Below, piece by piece: positions 28,795 through 38,055 of a stretch of 64,000 bases of DNA. Every line of letters begins with the position of its first letter. Position 1 is the first letter of the stretch. The position numbers were made by a program, and so were the translations under genes. The notes beneath the pieces were generated by a model that had not been told where the DNA came from, did not search any database, and saw only the letters and a program-made list of their open reading frames with translations. The DNA comes from Dehalococcoidia bacterium (lineage in GTDB: Bacteria; Chloroflexota; Dehalococcoidia; UBA2979): the NCBI GenBank assembly GCA_041674525.1, contig JBAYVN010000002.1, forward strand, positions 9,841 to 73,840, in the 5' to 3' direction.

Positions 28795-29868
28795 ATGGCT
28801 GCATTGCGGGTCGGCGTGGTGGGTCTGGGGTTCGGCGCGACCGTGCACGTGCCCGCATTCCTCTCCGAAGGCTGGGAGGTCCCGGTGGTGTGGAGCCGCC
28901 GCCTGGAGCGCGCGCAGGAGCAGGCGGTCGCCCTCGGCATCGCGGAAGCCACCAACGACTTCGCGGGGCTCATCGCCCGCCGGGACATCGACGCGGTCGC
29001 GATCGCGACGCCACCCGCGGCGCACCACGAGATGGTGCTGGCGGCGCTCGCGGCCGGGAAGCACGTCCTGTGCGAGAAGCCCTTCGCGCGGAACGCGACC
29101 GAGGCGCGGCAGATGCTGGACGCCGCGACCGCCTCGCGGCTGACGGCGATGGTGGCGCACGAGTTCCGCTTCGCCCCGCAGCGCGCCTTCGTCAGGCAGC
29201 TCCTGGACGAGGGGTACGTGGGGACGCCGCAGGTGGCGCAACTGGAGTTGTTCATGGGCGGTCGGCGTCCCGCGCAGCCACCGGCGCTCGGTGCGGGCGT
29301 GGCGGACGGCGGCGGCATGCTCGGCGCGCTCGGATCGCACTTCATCGATGGCCTGCGCCACTGGTTCGGCGACGTGCACGAGGTGACCGGGCTGACGCGC
29401 GCGCTGCGTCCGGATCGCACGGACCCGGCCACCGGCGCCATCGTCCAGACGGACGCCGAGGACACGTTCCAGTTCTCGCTCACGTTCCACCGGGGCGTGG
29501 TGGCCGCCATGACCGCATCGAGCGCCGTGGGGCCGGGACTCGGCGGGCGAACGTTCATCAGCGGCACGGACGGATCCCTCATCGCGGAGCAGCGCGGGCC
29601 GAACCCGGAGCCGGACGGGACAGTCCGCGGCGCGAAGGTGGGCGAGCGCGCGTTTGCGGAGCTCGCCATGCCGGAGCGCTACCGGCCGTTCGAGGATGAG
29701 CGCGACCAGCGCCTCATGGCCTTCCGGCTGCTCGTTCGCGAGTTCGAGCGCGGCATCCGCGAAGGCACCTCGCCATCGCCGTCGTTCGAGGACGGCTGGC
29801 GCTGCCAGCAGGTGCTGGACGCGGTGCGCGAATCCTCGCGCTCCGGGCGGGGCGTCTCCATCTCGTAG
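28795..29868 (+). CDS. Gfo/Idh/MocA family NAD(P)-dependent oxidoreductase
   Basis: Rossmann N-terminus (LRVGVVGLGFGA) and a ..EKP.. motif in a 357-aa protein. Confidence 0.8.
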   Translation: MAALRVGVVGLGFGATVHVPAFLSEGWEVPVVWSRRLERAQEQAVALGIAEATNDFAGLIARRDIDAVAIATPPAAHHEMVLAALAAGKHVLCEKPFARNATEARQMLDAATASRLTAMVAHEFRFAPQRAFVRQLLDEGYVGTPQVAQLELFMGGRRPAQPPALGAGVADGGGMLGALGSHFIDGLRHWFGDVHEVTGLTRALRPDRTDPATGAIVQTDAEDTFQFSLTFHRGVVAAMTASSAVGPGLGGRTFISGTDGSLIAEQRGPNPEPDGTVRGAKVGERAFAELAMPERYRPFEDERDQRLMAFRLLVREFERGIREGTSPSPSFEDGWRCQQVLDAVRESSRSGRGVSIS

Positions 29869-30196
29869 CCCGGGGGCGGCGAACGCCCGCGGATCGCGGC
29901 GAGACGCCGGGCGCCCCGTGTCCGCCGCCAGCCGCCACGCGCAGAACTCATGTTCGACGGCCGCCGTTCGGCCCACCGGGAGGCGCATCCTTCGCCCACC
30001 CCGCCCTGCTCGGCGTCCACAAATGTCGAAGATTTTCCCCCCGGAACGTCAGAGGGCACGCAAGAGGTGTAAGAACCCGCCCCCTCCCGCCGTCATACCT
30101 ATCGAACGCGGTCCTCAACCGCGCAGCACCACAGATCGGGCCCCATGGCCCGCACCGGCGACGGCGGGAGCCGACCGACCGAAGAGGAGACATCAG

Positions 30197-30376
30197 ATGA
30201 CCGCTTTGACCTCTCTCATGGGCATGCTCTGGACCACGACTCACGACGAGGACGGCCAGACGATGGCCGAGTACGGGCTGATCCTGGCTGGCGTGGCCGT
30301 GATCGTCATGGCCGCGGTGTGGGCCCTCGGTGGCGCCATCAACGCGACGTTCGAGAGCATCGTGGGCCAGTTCTAA
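30197..30376 (+). CDS. flp: Flp-family type IVb pilin
   Basis: 59 aa. The leader ends ..EDG|QTMAEYGLILAGVAVIV (Flp G/xxxxEYG motif). GAGGAG RBS. Confidence 0.85.
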   Translation: MTALTSLMGMLWTTTHDEDGQTMAEYGLILAGVAVIVMAAVWALGGAINATFESIVGQF

Positions 30377-30394
30377 GCCCATCGCTGCGCGGGA

Positions 30395-30436
30395 GCCTGC
30401 AGAGCGCCCATTTTGCCGCCCGGGCGCTCTGCAGGC
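30395..30436 (+). terminator. Hairpin (15-bp stem, 12-nt loop) between the two flp genes
   Basis: gcctgcagagcgccc ... gggcgctctgcaggc. Typical of an attenuator after a major pilin gene. Confidence 0.5.
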
Positions 30437-30501
30437 TCAGCTCAAGCAGCTTCAGCGATACCGAACACGCCGATCAGGCACGTCTCCGGAAGGGATCCGC
30501 G

Positions 30502-30723
30502 ATGGCTCAGGTTGAACTTCCTGGAAGCGCACAGACCCCGTCGTCCACCTCGGCCGAACGAGGCGTCGACGGGCGGTGGCCGTCGGGCAGCCGTGAAGAC
30601 GGCCAGACGATGGCGGAGTACGGGCTGATCCTGGCGGGCGTGTTCGTGCTGGTCGCGGCAACCGTGCTCGCATTTGGCCCGGCACTGAGTGGCCTGTTCG
30701 AGCAGGTCATCGCGGAGTTCTAG
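30502..30723 (+). CDS. flp: Flp-family type IVb pilin, second copy with long leader
   Basis: 73 aa. Leader ..SREDG|QTMAEYGLILAGVFVLV, with the identical cleavage motif. Confidence 0.85.
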   Translation: MAQVELPGSAQTPSSTSAERGVDGRWPSGSREDGQTMAEYGLILAGVFVLVAATVLAFGPALSGLFEQVIAEF

Positions 30724-30760
30724 ATCCACCCAGCTGGCCTGAAGACGACGGGAGCGCGCT

Positions 30761-31180
30761 ATGCACCTTCCGAACGCCACCATCAAACCCGCCAACGAAC
30801 GGGGACAGGCCGTGCTGGAACTCGCTCTCATCATGCCCGTTCTCGTGATGCTCGTCTTTGGCGCGCTCGAGGTGGGGCGGCTGCTGAACGCATGGGTCGT
30901 GGTCACCGAAGCCTCGCGCGAGGGTGCCCGTGTCGCCGCAGCGAAGTGCACCTGGCAGGCCGGGTGCGGCACGCTCGTGCAGACGGGCGTCACCAACTCA
31001 CTGGCGGGGCTGGACGTCGCGCGATCGAGCTGGTCGATGACGACCGGTCCGTACGTCGCGGGCGACGCGGTCACGGTGAACGTCGATTACCGATCACAAC
31101 TGGTCGTTCCGCTGATCAGTTCGATCTTCGGCTCCGACGAGGTCACCGTGCACAGCCAGACGAGCATGAGGCTTGAATAA
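30761..31180 (+). CDS. tadE: TadE-like pseudopilin
   Basis: ERGQAVLELALIMPVLVMLVFGALEVGRLL N-terminal TadE/G signature (PF07811-like). Confidence 0.8.
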   Translation: MHLPNATIKPANERGQAVLELALIMPVLVMLVFGALEVGRLLNAWVVVTEASREGARVAAAKCTWQAGCGTLVQTGVTNSLAGLDVARSSWSMTTGPYVAGDAVTVNVDYRSQLVVPLISSIFGSDEVTVHSQTSMRLE

Positions 31181-32220
31181 TGCCTACCCTGCTCTTCCGC
31201 CACGTACTCTCCCTGTCGGCCTCGTGGCTCCGGCGCCTGCGCGTGGAGTCGGGAGCCGCCGCGGTCCTGTTTGCCGCGACGCTGCTCCCGATCGTCGGCA
31301 TCTCGTCGCTCAGCGTGGACGTGGCGAACGTCTTCCTCGACCGGCGCGAGCAGCAGAACGCGGTGGATGCCGCGTCGCTGGCCGCCGCCTCCTACCTGCC
31401 CACCACCAGCACCAGCGTCCTGAACAGCGCGACCAGCGCGGCGATCGAATTCGCCGCGGCGAACGGGGTCACGATCTCCGCCTCGGACGTCACGTACAGC
31501 ACGTCGAGCCAGCGATTCGACGTGGTCACCGTGCGTAGCGAGCGCACCGTTCCCTTCTTCTTCGCCGGAGCCATGGGCATCACCAGCGGCGCGGTGAGCA
31601 GCCGCGGCGCCTCGCAGCTCGGCTCCCTGGTGGGCATGACCGGCGTCATGCCGTGGGGGTTGCACCAGCAGACCTTCAACTTCTCAGCCCCGTACTGCCT
31701 GAAGATGGGCTCGAACGGCAACGGCGCGGACTGCAACCAGCAGAGCAGCGCCGGCGACTTCGGCCCGATCGACATCGACAACAACGGCAGCGCGTCCGGC
31801 AACCTGTACCAGGGCCTGATCATCACCGGCTCGCAGACCGAGGTGCTGGTCGGCCAGGTCAAGGGCACCGTCAGCGGCAACAAGCAGGGCCCCACGGAGT
31901 CCGCGCTTGGGTGCAGCAACAACAGCAACGGCCGCCTGACCGGCAACACGCAGACCTTCACGGACGTGCTGCGGGCCAACGCCGACGGCGTGACCTACAC
32001 CGTGCTGGACTGGAGCAGCCCGCGGCTGGTGATCATCCCGGTGATCCAGACGGTCGGAAACAACCTGATCCAGATCAAGGGACTCGTCGTCTTCTTCATC
32101 ACGGAATGCGGCCAGAACGGGTCGGTCATCGGCCAGTTCATCGACACCGTGGTGCCCGGCGGCAGGTGGGGCGTGTACCAGCCCGGGTTCGGTACGCGGG
32201 CGATCCGGATGATCGAGTGA
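31180..32220 (+). CDS. tadG: TadG-like pilus assembly protein (Tad N-domain protein)
   Basis: ESGAAAVLFAATLLPIVGISSLSVDVANVF N-terminus, then a Ser/Thr/Gly/Asn-rich beta region. Confidence 0.7.
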   Translation: MPTLLFRHVLSLSASWLRRLRVESGAAAVLFAATLLPIVGISSLSVDVANVFLDRREQQNAVDAASLAAASYLPTTSTSVLNSATSAAIEFAAANGVTISASDVTYSTSSQRFDVVTVRSERTVPFFFAGAMGITSGAVSSRGASQLGSLVGMTGVMPWGLHQQTFNFSAPYCLKMGSNGNGADCNQQSSAGDFGPIDIDNNGSASGNLYQGLIITGSQTEVLVGQVKGTVSGNKQGPTESALGCSNNSNGRLTGNTQTFTDVLRANADGVTYTVLDWSSPRLVIIPVIQTVGNNLIQIKGLVVFFITECGQNGSVIGQFIDTVVPGGRWGVYQPGFGTRAIRMIE

Positions 32221-32239
32221 TGCAGACGAGGGACGAGGC

Positions 32240-32953
32240 ATGAGAACACGATCACTGCTGCTATCGCTGATCTTCGCCGTGGTGGGCGGGGGGCTCACGC
32301 TCCTCGTCCTTCGCGGTCACACCGTGAGCCAGGCGCCACAGGCCGACGCGACCGAGCGCGTGGTAGTGCCCGTGCGCCCGATCGCCGTGGGCGACAAGCT
32401 CGGCGTCGCTGATGTGCGCACCGCAGTGCTCATGAAGGGAACGGCGCCCGAGGATTCTCTCCGGGATCCGGCCGAGGTGCAGGGGCAGTTCGCGCAGGTG
32501 CCGCTGGTCGTCGGGCAGCCGCTCCGCCGCGCGGACATGAGCAGCGCCGCGCCGGGCAGCCGCCTCGCCGCGATCATCCCGGACGGTCACATTGCGATCG
32601 CGGTCGGCGTGAGCGACGTGATCAGCACTGGAGGCTTCGTCGCCCCGGGTGACCACGTGGATGTCCTCGGCGTCGTGACGAAGGAGGCGCAGGACAGCGC
32701 GCAGGTGGTCCTGCAGGACGTCCTGGTGCTCGCGGTGTCCAACGCCCTGAACGGCACCGCCGACCCTGCCGCCTCCACCCGCAAGCCCGCGGCCGGCGGC
32801 GAGAACCCGAACGGCGTGCACTCCACGATCACCCTCGCCGTGACGACCCAGGAGGCGCAGCGCCTGGTGCAGGTTGACGAGCTGGGCAAGCTGCGATTCG
32901 CGCTCCGGCGTCGCATCGACGGTGGTACCGGTCCCGCAGCGGCGTCCAGGTAG
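32240..32953 (+). CDS. cpaB: Flp pilus assembly protein CpaB (RcpC) with SAF domain
   Basis: N-terminal TM, then a SAF-like segment (VVPVRPIAVGDKLGVADV) and an RcpC-like C-terminus. Confidence 0.75.
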   Translation: MRTRSLLLSLIFAVVGGGLTLLVLRGHTVSQAPQADATERVVVPVRPIAVGDKLGVADVRTAVLMKGTAPEDSLRDPAEVQGQFAQVPLVVGQPLRRADMSSAAPGSRLAAIIPDGHIAIAVGVSDVISTGGFVAPGDHVDVLGVVTKEAQDSAQVVLQDVLVLAVSNALNGTADPAASTRKPAAGGENPNGVHSTITLAVTTQEAQRLVQVDELGKLRFALRRRIDGGTGPAAASR

Positions 32954-32976
32954 CGAACGTAGCCAGGGGGGCATGC

Positions 32977-34194
32977 ATGGCACGAAACCCGTCACTCCTG
33001 CTCGTCGATGCGAACCCGGATCATCGCGCGCTGCTCCGGCAGCTCGTGTCCGGGCTGCCCTACGCCGTGGCCGCGGAGGCCAACTACGGCGTGGAGGCAG
33101 CGCGGCTCGCGGGCGAGCTCCAGCCCGAGATCGTCCTCGTGCACATCGAGGAGCCGCTCGCACTCGCGTTCCGCACTCTGGAAGTCGTGCAGCAGGCGGC
33201 CCCGCGTGCCGTGCCGGTGGTCATCTCGCGCCGCAATGACGGGGAGACCGCGCGCAAGGCGATGCTCTTCGGGGCGCGCGGCTTCGTCCTGAGCCCGCCC
33301 ACGGCCAACTCGATCGACGAGGTGCTCGCGCTGGCGAAGGCGCGGTACGACTCGACGATCCAGTCGGCGCTCGACGGGCTGCAGCTGGACGATGACGGCG
33401 CGATCCGCACCTCGGCGCTCGCCGGCGGCACGGTGATCACGGTCTTCGGGCCGAAGGGGGGCATCGGCAAGACGACGCTCGCCACCAACCTGGCGATCTC
33501 GATCCAGCGCCGGACCGAGGCGCGCGTCGCGATCGTGGATGTCGACGCGGACTTCGGCGACGTCGCCGTGATCATGGGCATCGAGCCGGAGCGCACCATG
33601 CGCGACCTGCTGGACGCGTACCGCGACGGCGAGCTGCCTCCGCTCCAGGACTTCATGGCGCTGCACAGCTCCGGCGTGCACGTCCTCGGCACCCGCCATG
33701 CGGAACGCATCGGGACGATGCCGGACCCGGATGCGATCGCCACGCTGATCCGCCAGTTGGTGCGCACGTATGACTTCGTGATCGTGGACACCCCCGGCGC
33801 GTTCGTGCCGCAGGTGGCCGCCGCCCTGGACGAGGCGACCACCGTGCTCCTCGTCACCAGCGCGGACCTCTCGAGCATCAAGGACGCACGCCTCGCGATC
33901 TCGATGCTGCGCGGGTCCGGATACCAGGGCGATCGCCTCAAGCTGGTCGTCAACCACGCCACCAACGCGAACTCCGTGTCCGATGCGGACGTGGCGCGCA
34001 CGGTGGGGTACGACGTCTTCTGGACGCTGCCGCACGACCGCGCGGTGCCGCAGTCCACGCAGCACGGCGAGCCCATCGTGATCTCGAACCCGCGCTCGCG
34101 CATGGCGCAGCGGGTCGACGCGCTGGCAACGTACCTGAGCGGCACCGGCGAGGTGCCCGAGCCCGAGCCGCGGAAGCGGCGCTTCTTCTGGTAG
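32977..34194 (+). CDS. cpaE: CpaE/TadZ: receiver-like N-domain + ParA/MinD-type ATPase
   Basis: Pseudo-receiver N-terminus and a deviant Walker A (GPKGGIGKTT). Confidence 0.85.
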   Translation: MARNPSLLLVDANPDHRALLRQLVSGLPYAVAAEANYGVEAARLAGELQPEIVLVHIEEPLALAFRTLEVVQQAAPRAVPVVISRRNDGETARKAMLFGARGFVLSPPTANSIDEVLALAKARYDSTIQSALDGLQLDDDGAIRTSALAGGTVITVFGPKGGIGKTTLATNLAISIQRRTEARVAIVDVDADFGDVAVIMGIEPERTMRDLLDAYRDGELPPLQDFMALHSSGVHVLGTRHAERIGTMPDPDAIATLIRQLVRTYDFVIVDTPGAFVPQVAAALDEATTVLLVTSADLSSIKDARLAISMLRGSGYQGDRLKLVVNHATNANSVSDADVARTVGYDVFWTLPHDRAVPQSTQHGEPIVISNPRSRMAQRVDALATYLSGTGEVPEPEPRKRRFFW

Positions 34195-34208
34195 GACTGG
34201 AGGCATCA

Positions 34209-35672
34209 GTGGCCACGGAAATGCTGCGTCACCGCTTCCGATCGCCCGGGAGCGAGCCGCCCGCCCCGGCGCCGGGCACCCAGGGCACCCCGGGCACCCC
34301 GGGCACGTCCGCGCTGGAAGCGGCGGTCAACCTCGCCGCGGCCGGGGACATCTCGCCGATCGGCGAGGGGCCGCTGATGCGCTGGGCGGCCGAGCCGCCG
34401 CCCCTGCCGCCCTCGCTCGTGCGGCTGAAGGAGACCGTGCACGAGCAGCTGATCGAGGAGGTCGACCCCGGGTCGCTGGACCCGGAGGGCGCTCGCCGGC
34501 TGGTGCGCGAGGTGGCCACGGAGCTCCTCGGCCAGCAGGACGTGCGCGGCGTCGCCGAGTACCGCGATCGCCTGGTCAACGAGATCGCGGATGAGGTGCT
34601 GGGGCTCGGCATCCTGGAGCCGCTGCTCCGCGACGACTCCGTCACCGAGATCATGGTGAACGCCCCCGACGGCATCTTCGTCGAGGTGGGCGGCCGGCTG
34701 TTCCGGAGCACGTACGCATTCCGCGATGAGGCTCACCTGATGCGCATCATCGAGCGCATCGTGGCGCCGATCGGCCGGCACGTGGACGAGAGCTCGCCCA
34801 TGGCGGATGCGCGCCTCCCCGACGGATCGCGCGTCAACATCGTCGTCCCGCCGGCCTCGCCGCACGGCGCGAAGCTGACGCTCCGCAAGTTCGCGCGGCA
34901 CCGCATGCGGGCCGAGGACCTGGTCCGGCTGAGGGCGCTCTCCAGCGACGCCACGCTGTTCCTGCAGGGCGCCGTCCGAGCGCGACTCAACATCCTCGTC
35001 TCCGGAGGCACCGGCAGCGGCAAGACCACGCTGCTGAACGTGCTGTCCTCGTTCATCAGCGATGGAGAGCGCATCGTCACGATCGAGGATCCCCTGGAGC
35101 TCCAGCTGCAGCAGATCCACGTCGTCGCGCTCGAGGCGAAACCGCCGGGGATCGAGGGATCGCGGCAGATCACGCAGCGCGACCTGGTGCGAAACGCGCT
35201 GCGCATGCGCCCCGACCGGATCATCATCGGCGAGGTCCGCGGTGCCGAGGCGTTCGACATGCTGCAGGCGATGAACACCGGCCACGAGGGATCGATCAGC
35301 ACGGTGCACGCCAACACCCCCCGCGATGCCCTGAGCCGCGTGGAGAACATGGTGATGATGGCGGGCTTCGACCTCCCGGATCGCGCGATTCGGGAGCAGG
35401 TCGCCTCGGCGATCCACCTGCTGGTGCAGGTCGCAAGGATGTCCGATGGCAGCCGCAAGGTGACGCACATCACCGAGGTCGCGGGGATGGAGGGACAGGC
35501 GATCACGATGCAGGACCTGTTCCTGTTCCAGACGACAGGCCGGGACGACCACGGCCGGGTGCAGGGAGAGCTCCAGGCCACCGGGCTGCAGCCGCACTTC
35601 CTGGGCCGGTTCGCGGAGCGCGGCATCCACCTCCCGCAGGACATCTTCCACAGCACGAGGTGGTCGGAATGA
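34209..35672 (+). CDS. cpaF: CpaF/TadA secretion ATPase (type II/IV secretion NTPase)
   Basis: Walker A (GGTGSGKTT), Asp/His boxes (TIEDPLEL ... TGHEGS). Confidence 0.9.
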   Translation: MATEMLRHRFRSPGSEPPAPAPGTQGTPGTPGTSALEAAVNLAAAGDISPIGEGPLMRWAAEPPPLPPSLVRLKETVHEQLIEEVDPGSLDPEGARRLVREVATELLGQQDVRGVAEYRDRLVNEIADEVLGLGILEPLLRDDSVTEIMVNAPDGIFVEVGGRLFRSTYAFRDEAHLMRIIERIVAPIGRHVDESSPMADARLPDGSRVNIVVPPASPHGAKLTLRKFARHRMRAEDLVRLRALSSDATLFLQGAVRARLNILVSGGTGSGKTTLLNVLSSFISDGERIVTIEDPLELQLQQIHVVALEAKPPGIEGSRQITQRDLVRNALRMRPDRIIIGEVRGAEAFDMLQAMNTGHEGSISTVHANTPRDALSRVENMVMMAGFDLPDRAIREQVASAIHLLVQVARMSDGSRKVTHITEVAGMEGQAITMQDLFLFQTTGRDDHGRVQGELQATGLQPHFLGRFAERGIHLPQDIFHSTRWSE

Positions 35673-36619
35673 TGCTGGCGGTGATCGCCGCTCTGACCGT
35701 GGGCGCCGCCGGGTTCTTCGGCGCGCTCAGCATCCTCGCGCCCGCGGAGCGCAGGCGAACGACCGCCGCCGCGCGCCTCACATCGATCGCCGATCACGAG
35801 AGCGTCTTCGAGCCCGGCTTCGAGGCCCTCGGACGGCGGCTCGGGCCGAGCAACCTGGACCGCCAGCTCGTGCGCTTCCCGCTGGGATCGATGATCAAGC
35901 GGGATCTCCAGCGCTCAGGGCTTGCCTGGCAGGTCCGCGACTACATCGGCGTGATGCTGGTGCTGGCAGTGGTCGGCGGTTCCGTGGCCTTCCTGTTCTC
36001 GGCGACCGCGTTCCCGCTCGGCGGGCTCGCGGGCGCACTGGTGCCGGTGCTCATCGTCAAGCGCATCGCCTCCAAGCGGGCGTCACGCCTGAACGGCCAG
36101 GTCGTGGACCTCGTGGAGCTGCTCGCCTCGTCGCTCCGATCGGGCTTCAGCTTCGTACAGAGCCTGGAGCTGGCGCTGCGCGAGCAGCCCGAACCCATGG
36201 CCGGCGAGCTCCGGCAGGTGATGCGCGAGACCAGCCTCGGCATGAGCACCGACGAGGCCCTCCAGCGCCTCGCGGACCGCACCGGGGACGAGGATCTCGG
36301 GCTCGTGCTGACGGCTGTGCTCATCCAGCGCCGCGTCGGCGGGAACCTCGCGGAAGTGCTCGGCGGGATCGTGGAGATGATCCGCGACCGTGCGCGGGTC
36401 CGCGGCGAGATCCACACCCTGACCGCGCAGGCCCGCATGTCCTCGTGGATCGTGGGATCGCTGCCCGTGGTGCTCGCCATCGTGATGTCGATGATGCAGA
36501 AGGGCTACATGGCGGCGCTGTACACCGAGCCGGTGGGCCGGCTCATGCTGATCGCGGCCGTCGTCCTCGAGGTGATCGGACTGTACCTCGTGCGGCGGAT
36601 CGCGTTCGTCGACTACTAG
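35669..36619 (+). CDS. tadB: TadB (T2SS-F family inner membrane platform protein)
   Basis: T2SSF domain pattern. ATGA overlap with cpaF. Confidence 0.85.
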   Translation: MMLAVIAALTVGAAGFFGALSILAPAERRRTTAAARLTSIADHESVFEPGFEALGRRLGPSNLDRQLVRFPLGSMIKRDLQRSGLAWQVRDYIGVMLVLAVVGGSVAFLFSATAFPLGGLAGALVPVLIVKRIASKRASRLNGQVVDLVELLASSLRSGFSFVQSLELALREQPEPMAGELRQVMRETSLGMSTDEALQRLADRTGDEDLGLVLTAVLIQRRVGGNLAEVLGGIVEMIRDRARVRGEIHTLTAQARMSSWIVGSLPVVLAIVMSMMQKGYMAALYTEPVGRLMLIAAVVLEVIGLYLVRRIAFVDY

Positions 36620-36659
36620 CCGAGAACGGACAGAGCGGACAGAGCGGACGGAGCCAGCG

Positions 36660-37568
36660 GTGTTGCTCACAGTATTCGCAGCGCTTTCGGTAGCGGCGGC
36701 GGCCTTCTTCGGCGGCCGGGCCGTGCTCGTGCACGAGTCCGGTCGAAGCGCCGCGCGCCTGCAGGAGATCGCGAGCTCCGGCGAGCCGTTCGACCCGGAT
36801 GCCGACCAGGGCACGGTCTGGGATCGCCTCGTCAGGCCATTACTGCGCGGCGCCGCGGAGCGGTTCAGCGCCCTGCTCCCGACGCGCCTGGCGCAGTACT
36901 TCGAGGGACAGCTGATCGTGGCCGGCGATCCGGTCACCCCGCATGCCTACGCGCTCTTCGTGCTCCTGCTGCCGGCTGCGCTGGCGCTCGGGCCGCTGGT
37001 CGTCGTGTTGCGCACTCACAACCTGTCGCTGGCGACGTTCGGAGTGCTCGCCGCGTGCCTGACGCTGGGCGTCGCCGCACCGCCGATCTGGCTGAAGGGG
37101 CGGATCGCCCGGCGGCAGATGGCGCTGGTGCGCAGCCTCCCGGACGCGGTCGACCTCGTCGTCGTGTCGGTGGAGGCCGGTCTCAGCCTGGAGGGCGCGC
37201 TCGGGCGCGTGGCGGAAGGGCAGGACGGCCCGCTGGTGCAAGAGCTCCGGCGTGCATTGACCGAGATGAGCCTCGGCATGGGCCGGCGGCGGGCGCTCCA
37301 GGGCCTCGTCGATCGCACGCAGCTCCCGTCGCTCCGCTCGCTGGTGAGTGCGATCGTGCAGGCGGAGATGACGGGCATGGGCATTGCCCAGGTCCTGCGC
37401 GCGCAGTCGCTGCACCTGCGGACGCAGCGCCGCCAGCGCGCCGAGGAGCAAGCGATGAAGGCGCCGCTCAAGATGCTCTTCCCGCTCGTCTTCTTCATCT
37501 TCCCCTCGCTCTTCGTGGTGGTGCTGGGCCCCGCGGTGTTCTCCCTGCTCCGGGCGCTGGGCCAGTAG
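36660..37568 (+). CDS. tadC: TadC (T2SS-F family inner membrane platform protein)
   Basis: T2SSF domain pattern. GTG start. Confidence 0.85.
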   Translation: MLLTVFAALSVAAAAFFGGRAVLVHESGRSAARLQEIASSGEPFDPDADQGTVWDRLVRPLLRGAAERFSALLPTRLAQYFEGQLIVAGDPVTPHAYALFVLLLPAALALGPLVVVLRTHNLSLATFGVLAACLTLGVAAPPIWLKGRIARRQMALVRSLPDAVDLVVVSVEAGLSLEGALGRVAEGQDGPLVQELRRALTEMSLGMGRRRALQGLVDRTQLPSLRSLVSAIVQAEMTGMGIAQVLRAQSLHLRTQRRQRAEEQAMKAPLKMLFPLVFFIFPSLFVVVLGPAVFSLLRALGQ

Positions 37569-37577
37569 GAGCGTGAC

Positions 37578-37994
37578 ATGACGAGCGAGCAGCCCCGTCC
37601 GCTGGCGGCAGGCGAACCTCGACGCGACACGCGCGCCGTGCTGCGATGCTCGCGCACGGACGTGCTGGTGGTGACGCGGCTCCGCGTCGCGGGCAACATG
37701 CTGTCGCGCCTGAAGGGCCTCCTGGGCAGCGCAGAGCCCGCGCCGGGTGACGGCCTGTGGATCGTGCCGTGCTCCGGCGTGCACACGGTGGGGATGCGCT
37801 ATCCGATCGACGTCGTGTTCCTCGATCGAGCGGGCCGCATCGTCGCCACGCGTCCGGAGCTCCGGCCGCTGCGCGCCGTGCCCTGGGTGCGACATGCGCA
37901 CAGCGCTCTGGAGCTGCGGCAGGGAGCGATCGCCCGCTGCGATCTGCGAACCGGCGACGTGCTCGTCGTCGACCCCGGCGGGACCGCGGGGTGA
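37578..37994 (+). CDS. DUF192 (COG1430) domain protein embedded in the Tad operon
   Basis: ..WIVPCSGVHTVGMRYPIDVVFLD.. matches the DUF192 core. 9 nt after tadC. Confidence 0.7.
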   Translation: MTSEQPRPLAAGEPRRDTRAVLRCSRTDVLVVTRLRVAGNMLSRLKGLLGSAEPAPGDGLWIVPCSGVHTVGMRYPIDVVFLDRAGRIVATRPELRPLRAVPWVRHAHSALELRQGAIARCDLRTGDVLVVDPGGTAG

Positions 37995-38052
37995 TCGAGG
38001 TAATCGGGATCGAGGTGGTTGTGATCGAGGTGGTTGTGATCGAGGCGATCGG
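37993..38052. repeat. Four tandem copies of a 15-bp unit (GATCGAGGTGGTTGT)
   Basis: gatcgaggtaatcgg, gatcgaggtggttgt, gatcgaggtggttgt, gatcgaggcgatcgg. Fills the gap between the DUF192 stop and the cpaA start. Confidence 0.85.
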
Positions 38053-38055
38053 GTG

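Noticed and set aside
28612-29988. N-terminal 459 codons of ORF 28009..29988
   Set aside because: Overlaps the Gfo/Idh/MocA gene in antisense. The nitroreductase starts at 28611.
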